A stretch of DNA of 64,000 nt. Origin: a virus (Duplodnaviria; Caudoviricetes). The stretch lies in IMG/VR virus record IMGVR_UViG_3300030330_006573, positions 115,986 to 179,985 of that record. One strand, given 5' to 3'. Below are positions 31,301-39,459 of this stretch, in pieces. The notes under the pieces are model-generated. The model saw nothing but the letters and a program-made list of their open reading frames with translations. It did not search any database and was not told the origin of the DNA. The stretch's first letter is position 1, and each line of letters opens with the position of its first letter. Both the position numbers and the translations under genes were made by a program.

Positions 31301-31759
31301 ATGATCATATATAATAAAATATTTGTCTATTCCCCGCTTGAAAACTTATTTGCCCAGAGATTTCTGGATTCTGTTGGAGTAAAGTATATAAATTATAATT
31401 TTTCTTCTCAAGAATATTTTAAATACCCTCCTCTATATCACTTTTCTAGTTGCGATGTCTTTTTATTTAATAAAATTAATTCGTTAATTGAACATATTCC
31501 TTCGTTTAAGAAGCATTACCCAAAAAGTTTTTATCTTTCTTTTTATTCTAGAAATGATCCTATACATCTAAATCGCTCTATTTTTTACAATACATCCAAT
31601 GCAAAAAAAAATTTAGTAGATTCTCACCTGTTAAGATTGCCATCTCAAAGGTTTAATATACCTAATAAGGTTGATATTTCCGAAATAAACTCAAAAGAAA
31701 GTGCTTTTTTCTCTGATGAAAAATCTTTTAGAGATTTATTCCCATTTGAAAGTGTTTAA
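31301..31759 (+). CDS. Hypothetical protein
   Basis: ORF abutting the upstream stop codon. Confidence 0.55.
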   Translation: MIIYNKIFVYSPLENLFAQRFLDSVGVKYINYNFSSQEYFKYPPLYHFSSCDVFLFNKINSLIEHIPSFKKHYPKSFYLSFYSRNDPIHLNRSIFYNTSNAKKNLVDSHLLRLPSQRFNIPNKVDISEINSKESAFFSDEKSFRDLFPFESV

Positions 31760-32047
31760 TTTATTAATAATTTCTTGATAATTTGAATAAGATATCCTAG
31801 AAACAATTATATTTGCTCTTGAACTTCTTAAAGACAATCCTAATTCAGTCCTTGGTCTTACCATATCTAAAACATAATCCCAAGCACATCTATCTTTTAA
31901 CCATTTGTAATAAAAATCTCTTTCTTTTTTAGGACATTCTATGACAACATCTTTTTCCAAAAAACAAGTAGAATATAAAGTTATATCCCTAAACAAAGAC
32001 ACCTCACTTGGTGGTGCTGTTAGTTCCGCATCTATTATTAATAACAC
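31736..32047 (-). CDS. Hypothetical protein (start probably GTG 32047)
   Basis: Minus-strand GTGTAT motif lies 9 nt before the GTG. Confidence 0.6.
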   Translation of the reverse strand: MLLIIDAELTAPPSEVSLFRDITLYSTCFLEKDVVIECPKKERDFYYKWLKDRCAWDYVLDMVRPRTELGLSLRSSRANIIVSRISYSNYQEIINKLNTFKWE

Positions 32048-32065
32048 ATTTAATATATACACTAA

Positions 32066-32581
32066 ATGAGTTTTAAGCACGAACTTGATAATAGAGGCTC
32101 TTCAGAGATAGGTTCTAAATCTGAAAGAAAATTTATGGGTATTGCTGGTAAAAGGGGCTTCCTTGTATCAAAATCAACAAAAAAAGAAAACAAACTAGGT
32201 GTAGATATTTGGCTCCAAAAAAATAACATTAAAAAAGGATTTGATGTAAAAGCTAGGAAAAAACTCTCTGCAAGAGACAAAGACTATAATGATTATTGGA
32301 CTTTAGTTGAGTATAGAAATGAGTATGGCTATGATGGTTGGCTATTAAAAAATGCTGACTATATAGCCTTTGAGAAAGAGTTTTATTATTTAATTGTTGA
32401 CAGAATATCTCTACTTAACTTATGCGACAGGATAATAAATAAAGATAAAGAGTATGCCAAAACAAACAAAGACTCTAAGTACATTCTTTATAATAGAAAG
32501 AAGCAAGAACTTACTTCTTTAATAAAAACATCTGATATTTTATCTTTAAACAGGTGCGAAAAGTGGCTCAAAAACCCCTAA
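32066..32581 (+). CDS. PD-(D/E)XK restriction-like nuclease
   Basis: E..F, GVDIWL, FDVKARK, GWL..ADYIAFE. Confidence 0.7.
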   Translation: MSFKHELDNRGSSEIGSKSERKFMGIAGKRGFLVSKSTKKENKLGVDIWLQKNNIKKGFDVKARKKLSARDKDYNDYWTLVEYRNEYGYDGWLLKNADYIAFEKEFYYLIVDRISLLNLCDRIINKDKEYAKTNKDSKYILYNRKKQELTSLIKTSDILSLNRCEKWLKNP

Positions 32582-32618
32582 ATTTTAAAACAAGTGTAAT
32601 GTATATTTATCGCAAATT

Positions 32619-32843
32619 ATGGATTTTGATGAACAAACAGATGCCTTTAGATTTGATCTAGATGTCTTATGTGAAAGGTATTTGGGCGAATTTGATATAA
32701 ATGTTTTTACAGAAATTGGTTGTTTAAGAGAAAAAAAACTTGAATTAATAAAACTACAGCGTATTATAGAAGATAAGATGAACGACCTTACAGGTGAAGA
32801 TATACATTTTGAAGTCGATGAAGACTTCTTTTCCGAAGAATAA
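32619..32843 (+). CDS. Small acidic hypothetical protein
   Basis: ORF with GTGTAA at 32594. Confidence 0.6.
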   Translation: MDFDEQTDAFRFDLDVLCERYLGEFDINVFTEIGCLREKKLELIKLQRIIEDKMNDLTGEDIHFEVDEDFFSEE

Positions 32844-32895
32844 TTTTTAAGCGAGTTTTACTTGCATTATTTTTTTTATTAATCCTAATAATAAT

Positions 32896-33546
32896 ATGAA
32901 TACTAAATTAAGTATTATGGCATTTATTTGCCTATTTACTAACGCCGCATCCGCAAATACGGGTTCCCTATCTGCAGGTTATGCTTCCGACTATTTTAGA
33001 GAAGGAGCTATGATCGCAGGAGAGTCAGTTACAGCTGGAGTTGATTATAGCATGAGTGCTGGAGATAGCTTAGAGCTTTCTGTTGGCGCAGCTACAAATC
33101 AGTCAGTTTCATCTGGATCTGATGCATACCTGATTTCTGTTGGTGCCTCAAAACAGTGGTCTGATTTGATCGGAACATATCTTGGGGTTGAACATTTCGA
33201 GCTTGTCTCTGGCGATGCAGCTCTAGATGTCGAGCTTAAGGTTGATGTTTCTGTTCCTTTCAACCCAACGCTTTTGGTTGCAAGAAATACGGATGAAACC
33301 CTCTATACTGTTGAGGTTGGTGTTAGCCACTCTTTGGAATTAGAGCCTATTAATCTTGATTTCTCTGCAAGTTATGGTAATGCAGATGTATCCACATCTT
33401 CTGATATTGACTATTGGACTTTGGGGGCATCTACATTCAAGTCTCTTTCAGAAAATTCCGACTTGTCTCTTGATTACGATTATGTCGATTCCGATCTTGT
33501 AGACGGAGAATCTATCGTTGGAGTCTCATTAACAGTATCATTTTAA
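32896..33546 (+). CDS. Outer-membrane beta-barrel protein (TorF-like)
   Basis: Signal peptide ending ASA, YASDYFREG, alternating beta strands, C-terminal VSLTVSF beta-signal. Confidence 0.8.
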   Translation: MNTKLSIMAFICLFTNAASANTGSLSAGYASDYFREGAMIAGESVTAGVDYSMSAGDSLELSVGAATNQSVSSGSDAYLISVGASKQWSDLIGTYLGVEHFELVSGDAALDVELKVDVSVPFNPTLLVARNTDETLYTVEVGVSHSLELEPINLDFSASYGNADVSTSSDIDYWTLGASTFKSLSENSDLSLDYDYVDSDLVDGESIVGVSLTVSF

Positions 33547-33566
33547 TCTAACCCATAAATTATATT

Positions 33567-33818
33567 ATGAAAGAAGTAGTAGAAAAAGTAAAAAGTGCCA
33601 TTTGTGGCATTAGCGCCGTACTCCTCTCCGTTATCGGATTGCTTGTACTTTCCCAAGTTGTTTTTGGTGAGAATGCAGGTATTGACGTTATTGGAAATCT
33701 GCAGGGTATTGTAAATGGCTTTGTTGGGCCAGGAGCAAGTCTTGCTGGAGTCATTACCCTAGTTCTGATTGTCTCCCTTTTGGGCAGTCAAGGGTCTTGC
33801 TCGTCCTCCAAGAAGTAG
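33567..33818 (+). CDS. Small two-TM membrane protein
   Basis: Two hydrophobic helices; co-transcribed with the OMP. Confidence 0.8.
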   Translation: MKEVVEKVKSAICGISAVLLSVIGLLVLSQVVFGENAGIDVIGNLQGIVNGFVGPGASLAGVITLVLIVSLLGSQGSCSSSKK

Positions 33819-33841
33819 TTTTACTAAGTCTTGGAATTGTG

Positions 33842-33872
33842 AAGCTCCCCAGAAATGGGGAGCTTTTTTTTT
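33842..33872 (+). terminator. Rho-independent terminator
   Basis: AAGCTCCCCA-gaaa-TGGGGAGCTT followed by a T run. Confidence 0.92.
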
Positions 33873-33882
33873 GAAAAAATAC

Positions 33883-33911
33883 TTGATTTTCTTGATAAAA
33901 TACTTTACTAT
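33883..33911 (+). promoter_or_regulatory. sigma70-type promoter, leaderless
   Basis: TTGATT-17-TACTAT-6-GTG(33918). Confidence 0.65.
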
Positions 33912-33917
33912 ATTATA

Positions 33918-34421
33918 GTGAAGATAAAAAAGGATTTATATGTAGTATACTATACTCTTATTTTAGATAAGACTTTTAATTACAAGTCTATCATCAAAGG
34001 TAGTAGTGAAGCGGAGGTCAAGACGACATTATCTTCAAAGATTGGAAGGGAGTTTATAGTTTACGAATTAAAAAACATTAGAGTTTATCTAATTAATAGA
34101 AATAATTACAAAGGTAGGAAGTTGTCTGACAAACAAATTGATATTCTCGAAAAAATATCTTACCCAAATGGCAAGCACAAGTTATATAAATTCCAAAAAG
34201 ATCAGTGGTTTAAATCAGATAATAGGAGGAGAAACAAAAATGGAACATTCAAAAAAGGTTTCACCCCTTGGAATAAAGATTTAAAATTAAAAATTATTAA
34301 AAAAAATTCCTCTGGTCACTTTTGTAAATCTAGAGATGATTCAGGAAAGTTTTTAGATGGAACTAAGCCTCTTATTGTTGGTTCTAAAAATAAAATAAAA
34401 AATGAAGAGGAAGCTGAATAA
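33918..34421 (+). CDS. Shared 'X-domain' protein with NUMOD3-like repeats (start probably GTG 33918)
   Basis: N-terminus paralogous to 37258 and 38410; RNKNGTFKKGFTPWNK, KNSSGHF, RDDSGKF. Confidence 0.7.
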   Translation: MKIKKDLYVVYYTLILDKTFNYKSIIKGSSEAEVKTTLSSKIGREFIVYELKNIRVYLINRNNYKGRKLSDKQIDILEKISYPNGKHKLYKFQKDQWFKSDNRRRNKNGTFKKGFTPWNKDLKLKIIKKNSSGHFCKSRDDSGKFLDGTKPLIVGSKNKIKNEEEAE

Positions 34422-34998
34422 TCTCCGAAGAAAAGAAGACATTTTAAGGCTTAGAAAAGAAGGTAAGACTTATAATGAAATACAAGAGGAGCTAGGAGTT
34501 TCAAAATCTGTAATATCATATCATTGTGGAGAAGGTTCTGAAAAAAAGAGGGTAAAGGAAAGAAACTCAACTATAATTCATAAATTGACAAAAAAAGTAT
34601 GCGCATTTAAAGCTAGGTGTTCTAGGGTTAACTACCACACATTTAGAACCAAAATAAAAACTTTTAAAAAACGAAAGCGGAGAAATAGAACGCATGCATT
34701 TGTCAATAATGTTTCAAAAAACTTTTCAGTTAAAGATGTTATTAAAAAAATAGGGCCAAATCCTAGATGCTATTTAACAGGAAAAAAAATTGATATAAAT
34801 AAGCCAGATACATATCATTTTGATCACATAATACCCACATCAAAAGGGGGAACTAACGATTTAGATAATCTTGGGATATGCACAAAGCAAGCTAATTATG
34901 CAAAAAATGATTTAAGCATTAAAGAGCTTTATAAACTTTGCGAAGCAATATTAAAGTGGAGAGATGAAAAAAAGTCTAGCAAAGACTCATCTATTTAA
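34402..34998 (+). CDS. HTH plus HNH endonuclease
   Basis: GKTYNEIQEELGVSKSVISYH; CYLTG...HFDHIIP.SKGG.N..DNL..C..AN..K. Confidence 0.88.
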   Translation: MKRKLNNLRRKEDILRLRKEGKTYNEIQEELGVSKSVISYHCGEGSEKKRVKERNSTIIHKLTKKVCAFKARCSRVNYHTFRTKIKTFKKRKRRNRTHAFVNNVSKNFSVKDVIKKIGPNPRCYLTGKKIDINKPDTYHFDHIIPTSKGGTNDLDNLGICTKQANYAKNDLSIKELYKLCEAILKWRDEKKSSKDSSI

Positions 34999-35380
34999 AG
35001 ATTGTTCTCATATATTTGAAGATCTCCTTGAGTCTTTTAACGAAAAATACTCAAAATCTTTAGTAGTCAAGGGCAGTGGGGTTTCTAAATCTTTAGAATC
35101 AATACAGCTTGATTTCTTAAAGTATGATTCCATAAATCCTTTAAAATTATTCTATTGCAAAAAACTCACACGAGAACTTAAAGACCATATTATTGATATT
35201 AAATGTTTAACTGATGAACGTTTAGTTTACGATTGTAAAATATATTTTATACCATCTAACAAAATGAAAGGATTTTATATGATTCAAAAAAATTTTTTTC
35301 CTATTACTCCCAAGTTTAAGTTTCACATATGGTCTTTGGATGACCGAAGGATTCTTGACTTCGACAAACATTGGTTATAA
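34964..35380 (+). CDS. Hypothetical protein
   Basis: ORF overlapping the HNH 3' end. Confidence 0.6.
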   Translation: MKKSLAKTHLFKDCSHIFEDLLESFNEKYSKSLVVKGSGVSKSLESIQLDFLKYDSINPLKLFYCKKLTRELKDHIIDIKCLTDERLVYDCKIYFIPSNKMKGFYMIQKNFFPITPKFKFHIWSLDDRRILDFDKHWL

Positions 35381-35386
35381 TTTTTC

Positions 35387-35414
35387 TTGACAAAAAAATT
35401 TTTTTTGATATGGT
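35387..35414 (+). promoter_or_regulatory. sigma70-type promoter for uORF plus methyltransferase
   Basis: TTGACA-16-TATGGT; ATG at 35422 (+35). Confidence 0.7.
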
Positions 35415-35454
35415 AGGGGGGATGTTCGAATCCTTGCTGAGTTCCAAGTTCTAA

Positions 35455-36507
35455 ATGAAAGCTTTATCTTTATTCTCAAATGTAGGTTTTGGTGAAATAT
35501 ATCTCAAGGATATAGGCATAGATATTTGTGTTGCTAATGAATTGCATGAAGATAGATGTGATATGTATAAAGACCTTCATCCAAATACAAATGTTATTTG
35601 CGGAGATATAACCAAAAAATCGATTAAAGATGAAATTTATACAACGTGCTTGGACGAGGAAATAAATTTGATTATAGCAACTCCTCCATGTCAAGGCATG
35701 AGTGTTGCTAATGCAAAGAGATTACATGATGATCCTAGAAACTCTTTGATAGTTCATGCAATGGACACCTTTAATCAAATAAAGCCAAATTATATGTTGA
35801 TAGAGAATGTTGCAGGTATGGCTAATACTTGGATAAATATAGACGGAGAAGTAATTAATATAATTAAATATATAGAATCTAGACTCCCAAAACCTTGGTC
35901 AATGAATTACAAGACATTAAATGCAGAGAACTATAATACACCTCAATCAAGAAAAAGATTTATAGGCTTAATATCCAAAAATGGCACATGGAAGCATCCA
36001 GAACCTAATAAAAATTTAATTACAGTTAGAGATGCGATAGGACATCTACCTTCTTTAGAATCTGGAAGATCAAGTTCAATACCTTGGCATTATGCAAAAA
36101 AACATAATCCTCATCATATAATTTGGATGAAGAGTACTCCAACAGGTCAAACTGCATTTAATAATAAAATTCATTACCCTAAAAAAGATGGAAGAAGGAT
36201 TAAAGGGTTTATGACTACTTATAAGAGGATAGATTGGGACAAACCTTCTCCTACTGTTACAATGTGCAATGGAGCTGTATCTAGTCAAAATAATGTACAT
36301 CCAGGAAAATTACTCGCTGATGGAACTTATTCTGATGCAAGAGTGATGTCGGTTGAAGAATTATCTATTTTATGTGGATTACCTTCTCAATTTTTAAATA
36401 AATTTAAAAATAAATATTCAGAGGGGTTTATTAGGAAGGTTTTGGGAGAATGCTTTCCTCCAACTATGAGTTTAGAAATATTAAAACAAATAAAAGATGA
36501 AGATTAA
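35455..36507 (+). CDS. Orphan C5-cytosine DNA methyltransferase
   Basis: SLFS.VG, GDIT, PPCQG, ENV, QSRKR, R..SV.E...G.P, GEC.PP. Confidence 0.92.
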   Translation: MKALSLFSNVGFGEIYLKDIGIDICVANELHEDRCDMYKDLHPNTNVICGDITKKSIKDEIYTTCLDEEINLIIATPPCQGMSVANAKRLHDDPRNSLIVHAMDTFNQIKPNYMLIENVAGMANTWINIDGEVINIIKYIESRLPKPWSMNYKTLNAENYNTPQSRKRFIGLISKNGTWKHPEPNKNLITVRDAIGHLPSLESGRSSSIPWHYAKKHNPHHIIWMKSTPTGQTAFNNKIHYPKKDGRRIKGFMTTYKRIDWDKPSPTVTMCNGAVSSQNNVHPGKLLADGTYSDARVMSVEELSILCGLPSQFLNKFKNKYSEGFIRKVLGECFPPTMSLEILKQIKDED

Positions 36508-36772
36508 AAAAGAATTGAAGTATGCAACTTTCGAGTATGACGAAGAAACAAAAAAGTTTCTAGTTATAGATACTGAAGACGGTGGAGTCGTGGAACTTAA
36601 TAAGATTTATGCATTTGCATTTATGCGTTTTGTCATCCGTATGGCTCAAAGAAATTGGCTTAGGCAAAATAAAGGAAAAAAAATTCTTGACAAAGAGGAC
36701 GAAATTGTGTTAGGGTTGGAGGTAGATAGCGAAAAAATACATGAGAACCAAATGAATCTTTTTAACGACTAA
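36497..36772 (+). CDS. Hypothetical protein ending in QMNLF (beta-clamp-binding-like motif)
   Basis: ORF; C-terminal QMNLFND resembles the QL(S/D)LF clamp motif. Confidence 0.6.
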   Translation: MKIKKELKYATFEYDEETKKFLVIDTEDGGVVELNKIYAFAFMRFVIRMAQRNWLRQNKGKKILDKEDEIVLGLEVDSEKIHENQMNLFND

Positions 36773-36777
36773 TAAAT

Positions 36778-37026
36778 ATGAAAAATATAAAAAGAAAAAA
36801 TATAATACAACTAGTGTTACATAATGATAAATTCGCCGCGCTGTCTTCTAGCGAGGTAGTGCTTGCTGGAGACGAAGACGAGTTCTTTTATGAAGGCACT
36901 AACGAAGCTGTTCCCTTTGGTGAGCCTATTGGGTTAGATATTCCTAATCCTGCCACAAGAGAAATTAAACTTGTTTTATTTAAAAATATTTATTGGAACC
37001 CTTTGGAGGACAACTGCAATGAGTGA
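36778..37026 (+). CDS. Hypothetical protein
   Basis: ORF in operon. Confidence 0.6.
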   Translation: MKNIKRKNIIQLVLHNDKFAALSSSEVVLAGDEDEFFYEGTNEAVPFGEPIGLDIPNPATREIKLVLFKNIYWNPLEDNCNE

Positions 37027-37258
37027 GATCAGTAATGCTACTTTAGAATATATATTTAATAAGTTTATTCCATATCTACTTATATTTATACTTTTATTTA
37101 CTAATTTTAATCTTACAGATTTTGAGCCTTGGGTCATAAGCTGTCTCATATTTTTTATAGATAAATATGCATTCAAGATTGGCAGGTCAGTTGGTGAATA
37201 CGAAAATAACCCCGTTTTTAAACAGGAAGTTGATGAAAGCTTTGATAAAGAGGACTAA
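37019..37258 (+). CDS. Small membrane protein (start probably 37019)
   Basis: Two hydrophobic segments. Confidence 0.6.
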   Translation: MSEISNATLEYIFNKFIPYLLIFILLFTNFNLTDFEPWVISCLIFFIDKYAFKIGRSVGEYENNPVFKQEVDESFDKED

Positions 37259-37695
37259 TGAATAATTATTTACAACCAAAAACTAAAAATCCTAGAAAAT
37301 TGCAAAAATGGTTTAGGAGTAAAAAATGGGGAATAGATCAGTATTGGAAAATTACATATACTTTGTATGCAAATAACTTAGAGGAAAAAGATTATATTTC
37401 AGTAATAAAAGCTAGGTCTTATGATTTAGCCCAAAATCTTCTATGCAACAAAATCAAGAGAGATTCCCCTCAATTTAATATAAAAAATATTAAAGGCTAT
37501 ATGTTTCATAAAGATTTCAATTTTAATAGATCAAAGTCAAAACTAGAGAATTTAATTAATATTAAAGATTGGCAAAACATAAGGAATTGTGCATTTCCAA
37601 ATGAAAACGACCATCTTTTCAAAATGGTTACATCAATTAGATCTGAAAAAGAGATCTTAGAGAGAAACGAAGAAAAACTTAAAAATTTACTTTAA
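37258..37695 (+). CDS. Stand-alone 'X-domain' protein
   Basis: DQYWKITYT...KDY.S.IKARSYD.A...GYMFH...W..I....FPN....LFK; paralog of 38410. Confidence 0.8.
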   Translation: MNNYLQPKTKNPRKLQKWFRSKKWGIDQYWKITYTLYANNLEEKDYISVIKARSYDLAQNLLCNKIKRDSPQFNIKNIKGYMFHKDFNFNRSKSKLENLINIKDWQNIRNCAFPNENDHLFKMVTSIRSEKEILERNEEKLKNLL

Positions 37696-37696
37696 C

Positions 37697-38410
37697 ATGA
37701 TTTCAGAAAATTTAGATCAAGATTATAAAATAACCAAAGAAGATGAAGATAATTTCAATAAATATCTCGTTGAATATCAATCAGATATACAAAAACTTTT
37801 AGCTTCTAAAAGGAAGGAGGGTCATCGCCTTTCTGTTGACGAAATACTTAGCGACTTTAATCTAAGCTTAATTAAAGCTAAAGAAAAGTTTATTAGGTTT
37901 AGGAGTGAAGACTATCAAAATTTTAGTAAAGAAAGCTTTTTCTATATGATGTGCGTCTATGCAAAAAACTCAGTTGCTTGGCTTGCCTCTAGGGAAAATA
38001 ATAGAAAGTATAATTCCAGAAGGTTAGACTTTTTAAATAAGACTAGCGATGGCGAAAAGACTAGTTTTGAAATGGTTTGCGAAACCTTAGGTGAAGAAGA
38101 AAAGTGCCAAGAATGTTTTGATAACGATAAGCATAAATATGTATTTCGTTTAATAAAAGATTCTACATGGTTTACGGCTAATGAGATAACACTTATAGAT
38201 TTGCTATTGCAAGGTTATAAGCAAGTTGAAATAAACGAGTTGATGAATGTAACTCATCAAGCTATATCCTTTAACATAATCAAAATAAAAGAAAAAATCA
38301 GAAATAGATTGAAATTTGATGTTTTCTCTGACGAGAGTTGGGAAAAAATATCCATTGGCAACAAGGCAATTCAAGAGCTTTTCTCTTACGAGATCAAACA
38401 ATTCAAATAA
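37697..38410 (+). CDS. sigma70-family (ECF/SigH-like) factor
   Basis: Region 2 (DEILSDFNLSLIKAKEKF..SFFY..YAKN) and region 4 (FTANE..I....GYKQVEINELMNVTHQAIS...KIKEKIR). Confidence 0.8.
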   Translation: MISENLDQDYKITKEDEDNFNKYLVEYQSDIQKLLASKRKEGHRLSVDEILSDFNLSLIKAKEKFIRFRSEDYQNFSKESFFYMMCVYAKNSVAWLASRENNRKYNSRRLDFLNKTSDGEKTSFEMVCETLGEEEKCQECFDNDKHKYVFRLIKDSTWFTANEITLIDLLLQGYKQVEINELMNVTHQAISFNIIKIKEKIRNRLKFDVFSDESWEKISIGNKAIQELFSYEIKQFK

Positions 38411-39459
38411 TGAAAAAGAAAAAGAAAGTAAATAGAGGTGTGCAATACAAGTTTAGGAGGCAAAAATTTGATTTCGATCAATATTGGAACATTAATTATA
38501 CAGAAAGATATAAAGATGGAAGCGAAAAAGATTTCAAAACATTTATAAGAGCTAACTCTTATGATTCTGCAAAAAAAGTCTTAATTTCAAGAATACAAGA
38601 AGAAGATCCTGATATAAAAGTTAAAGCTATTCAAGGATTTATGTTTCATGGCAATTATAAAATACATAAAAACAGAAGGTTGACATTTGAAAATTGGGAG
38701 CAAATCAAGAAAGCTTCCTTCCCTAATTACAATAATACTTTATTCAAGAAAGAAATTGCAAGAAAAGAAGGTTACTCAAACCGCTTTAATAAAACTAACA
38801 TGGATCACATGCGCTCAATAGGCTTTAAGTCTGGCGCTGATAATTGGTCTTATCAAAATCGTAAAGGAATTTACTTGCCTGTAGAAGAGCGCAGGGGCAT
38901 GATATATAAAGGCAAGTGGGTTAAATGGGATGAGGATGAAATGCAAAAAACAAAAGAGCAAATAATACAAGCTCTTGAATTGCATAAAAATAACAAACTT
39001 AAGACGGCAAAATATCTTAAAATTTCTCGTAATGCATTATATAGCATGATGTCTAGAATAGCATCAAAGGAATGGTGGCATGAGAATTATCCATATATTC
39101 GTCCAGCCCCACCTCCTATTCCTACTGAAATTAGATCAGAACTTCAAAAGAAAGCTATGAGAAAGAGAATGGATGAAGGTTATGTCCCATTTAGTCACAT
39201 GACTGAAGCTGACTATAAAAAAAGAGTTGAAAATATTAGAAAATCTAAGAAAGAAAAAAGAGAAAAATTTTATAATGAAATAATCCCTAAAATAAAGAAA
39301 GCTCTACCAAAATTTGGTAATAGCAGAAAAGATACTGCCGAGTACCTAGGATTTACTCGTTGCTATTTTGAAAAAATCTTAGTTAGAACTAAAAAACTTT
39401 ATAATATAGACTGGAGTAGTGAATATCCAACAAAGTACAGTAGACCCCAAAATTCTTGA
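38410..39459 (+). CDS. 'X-domain' protein with two Fis-type HTH domains (start probably 38410)
   Basis: DQYWNINYT..GFMFH..FPN..LFK; IIQALELHKNNKLKTAKYLKISRNALY; IKKALPKFGNSRKDTAEYLGFTR. Confidence 0.8.
   Translation: MKKKKKVNRGVQYKFRRQKFDFDQYWNINYTERYKDGSEKDFKTFIRANSYDSAKKVLISRIQEEDPDIKVKAIQGFMFHGNYKIHKNRRLTFENWEQIKKASFPNYNNTLFKKEIARKEGYSNRFNKTNMDHMRSIGFKSGADNWSYQNRKGIYLPVEERRGMIYKGKWVKWDEDEMQKTKEQIIQALELHKNNKLKTAKYLKISRNALYSMMSRIASKEWWHENYPYIRPAPPPIPTEIRSELQKKAMRKRMDEGYVPFSHMTEADYKKRVENIRKSKKEKREKFYNEIIPKIKKALPKFGNSRKDTAEYLGFTRCYFEKILVRTKKLYNIDWSSEYPTKYSRPQNS

Noticed and set aside
35415-35447. GTTCGAATCC looks like a tRNA T-loop followed by CCA
   Set aside because: The 5-bp T-stem does not pair and there is no D or anticodon arm; a leaderless uORF explains it better.
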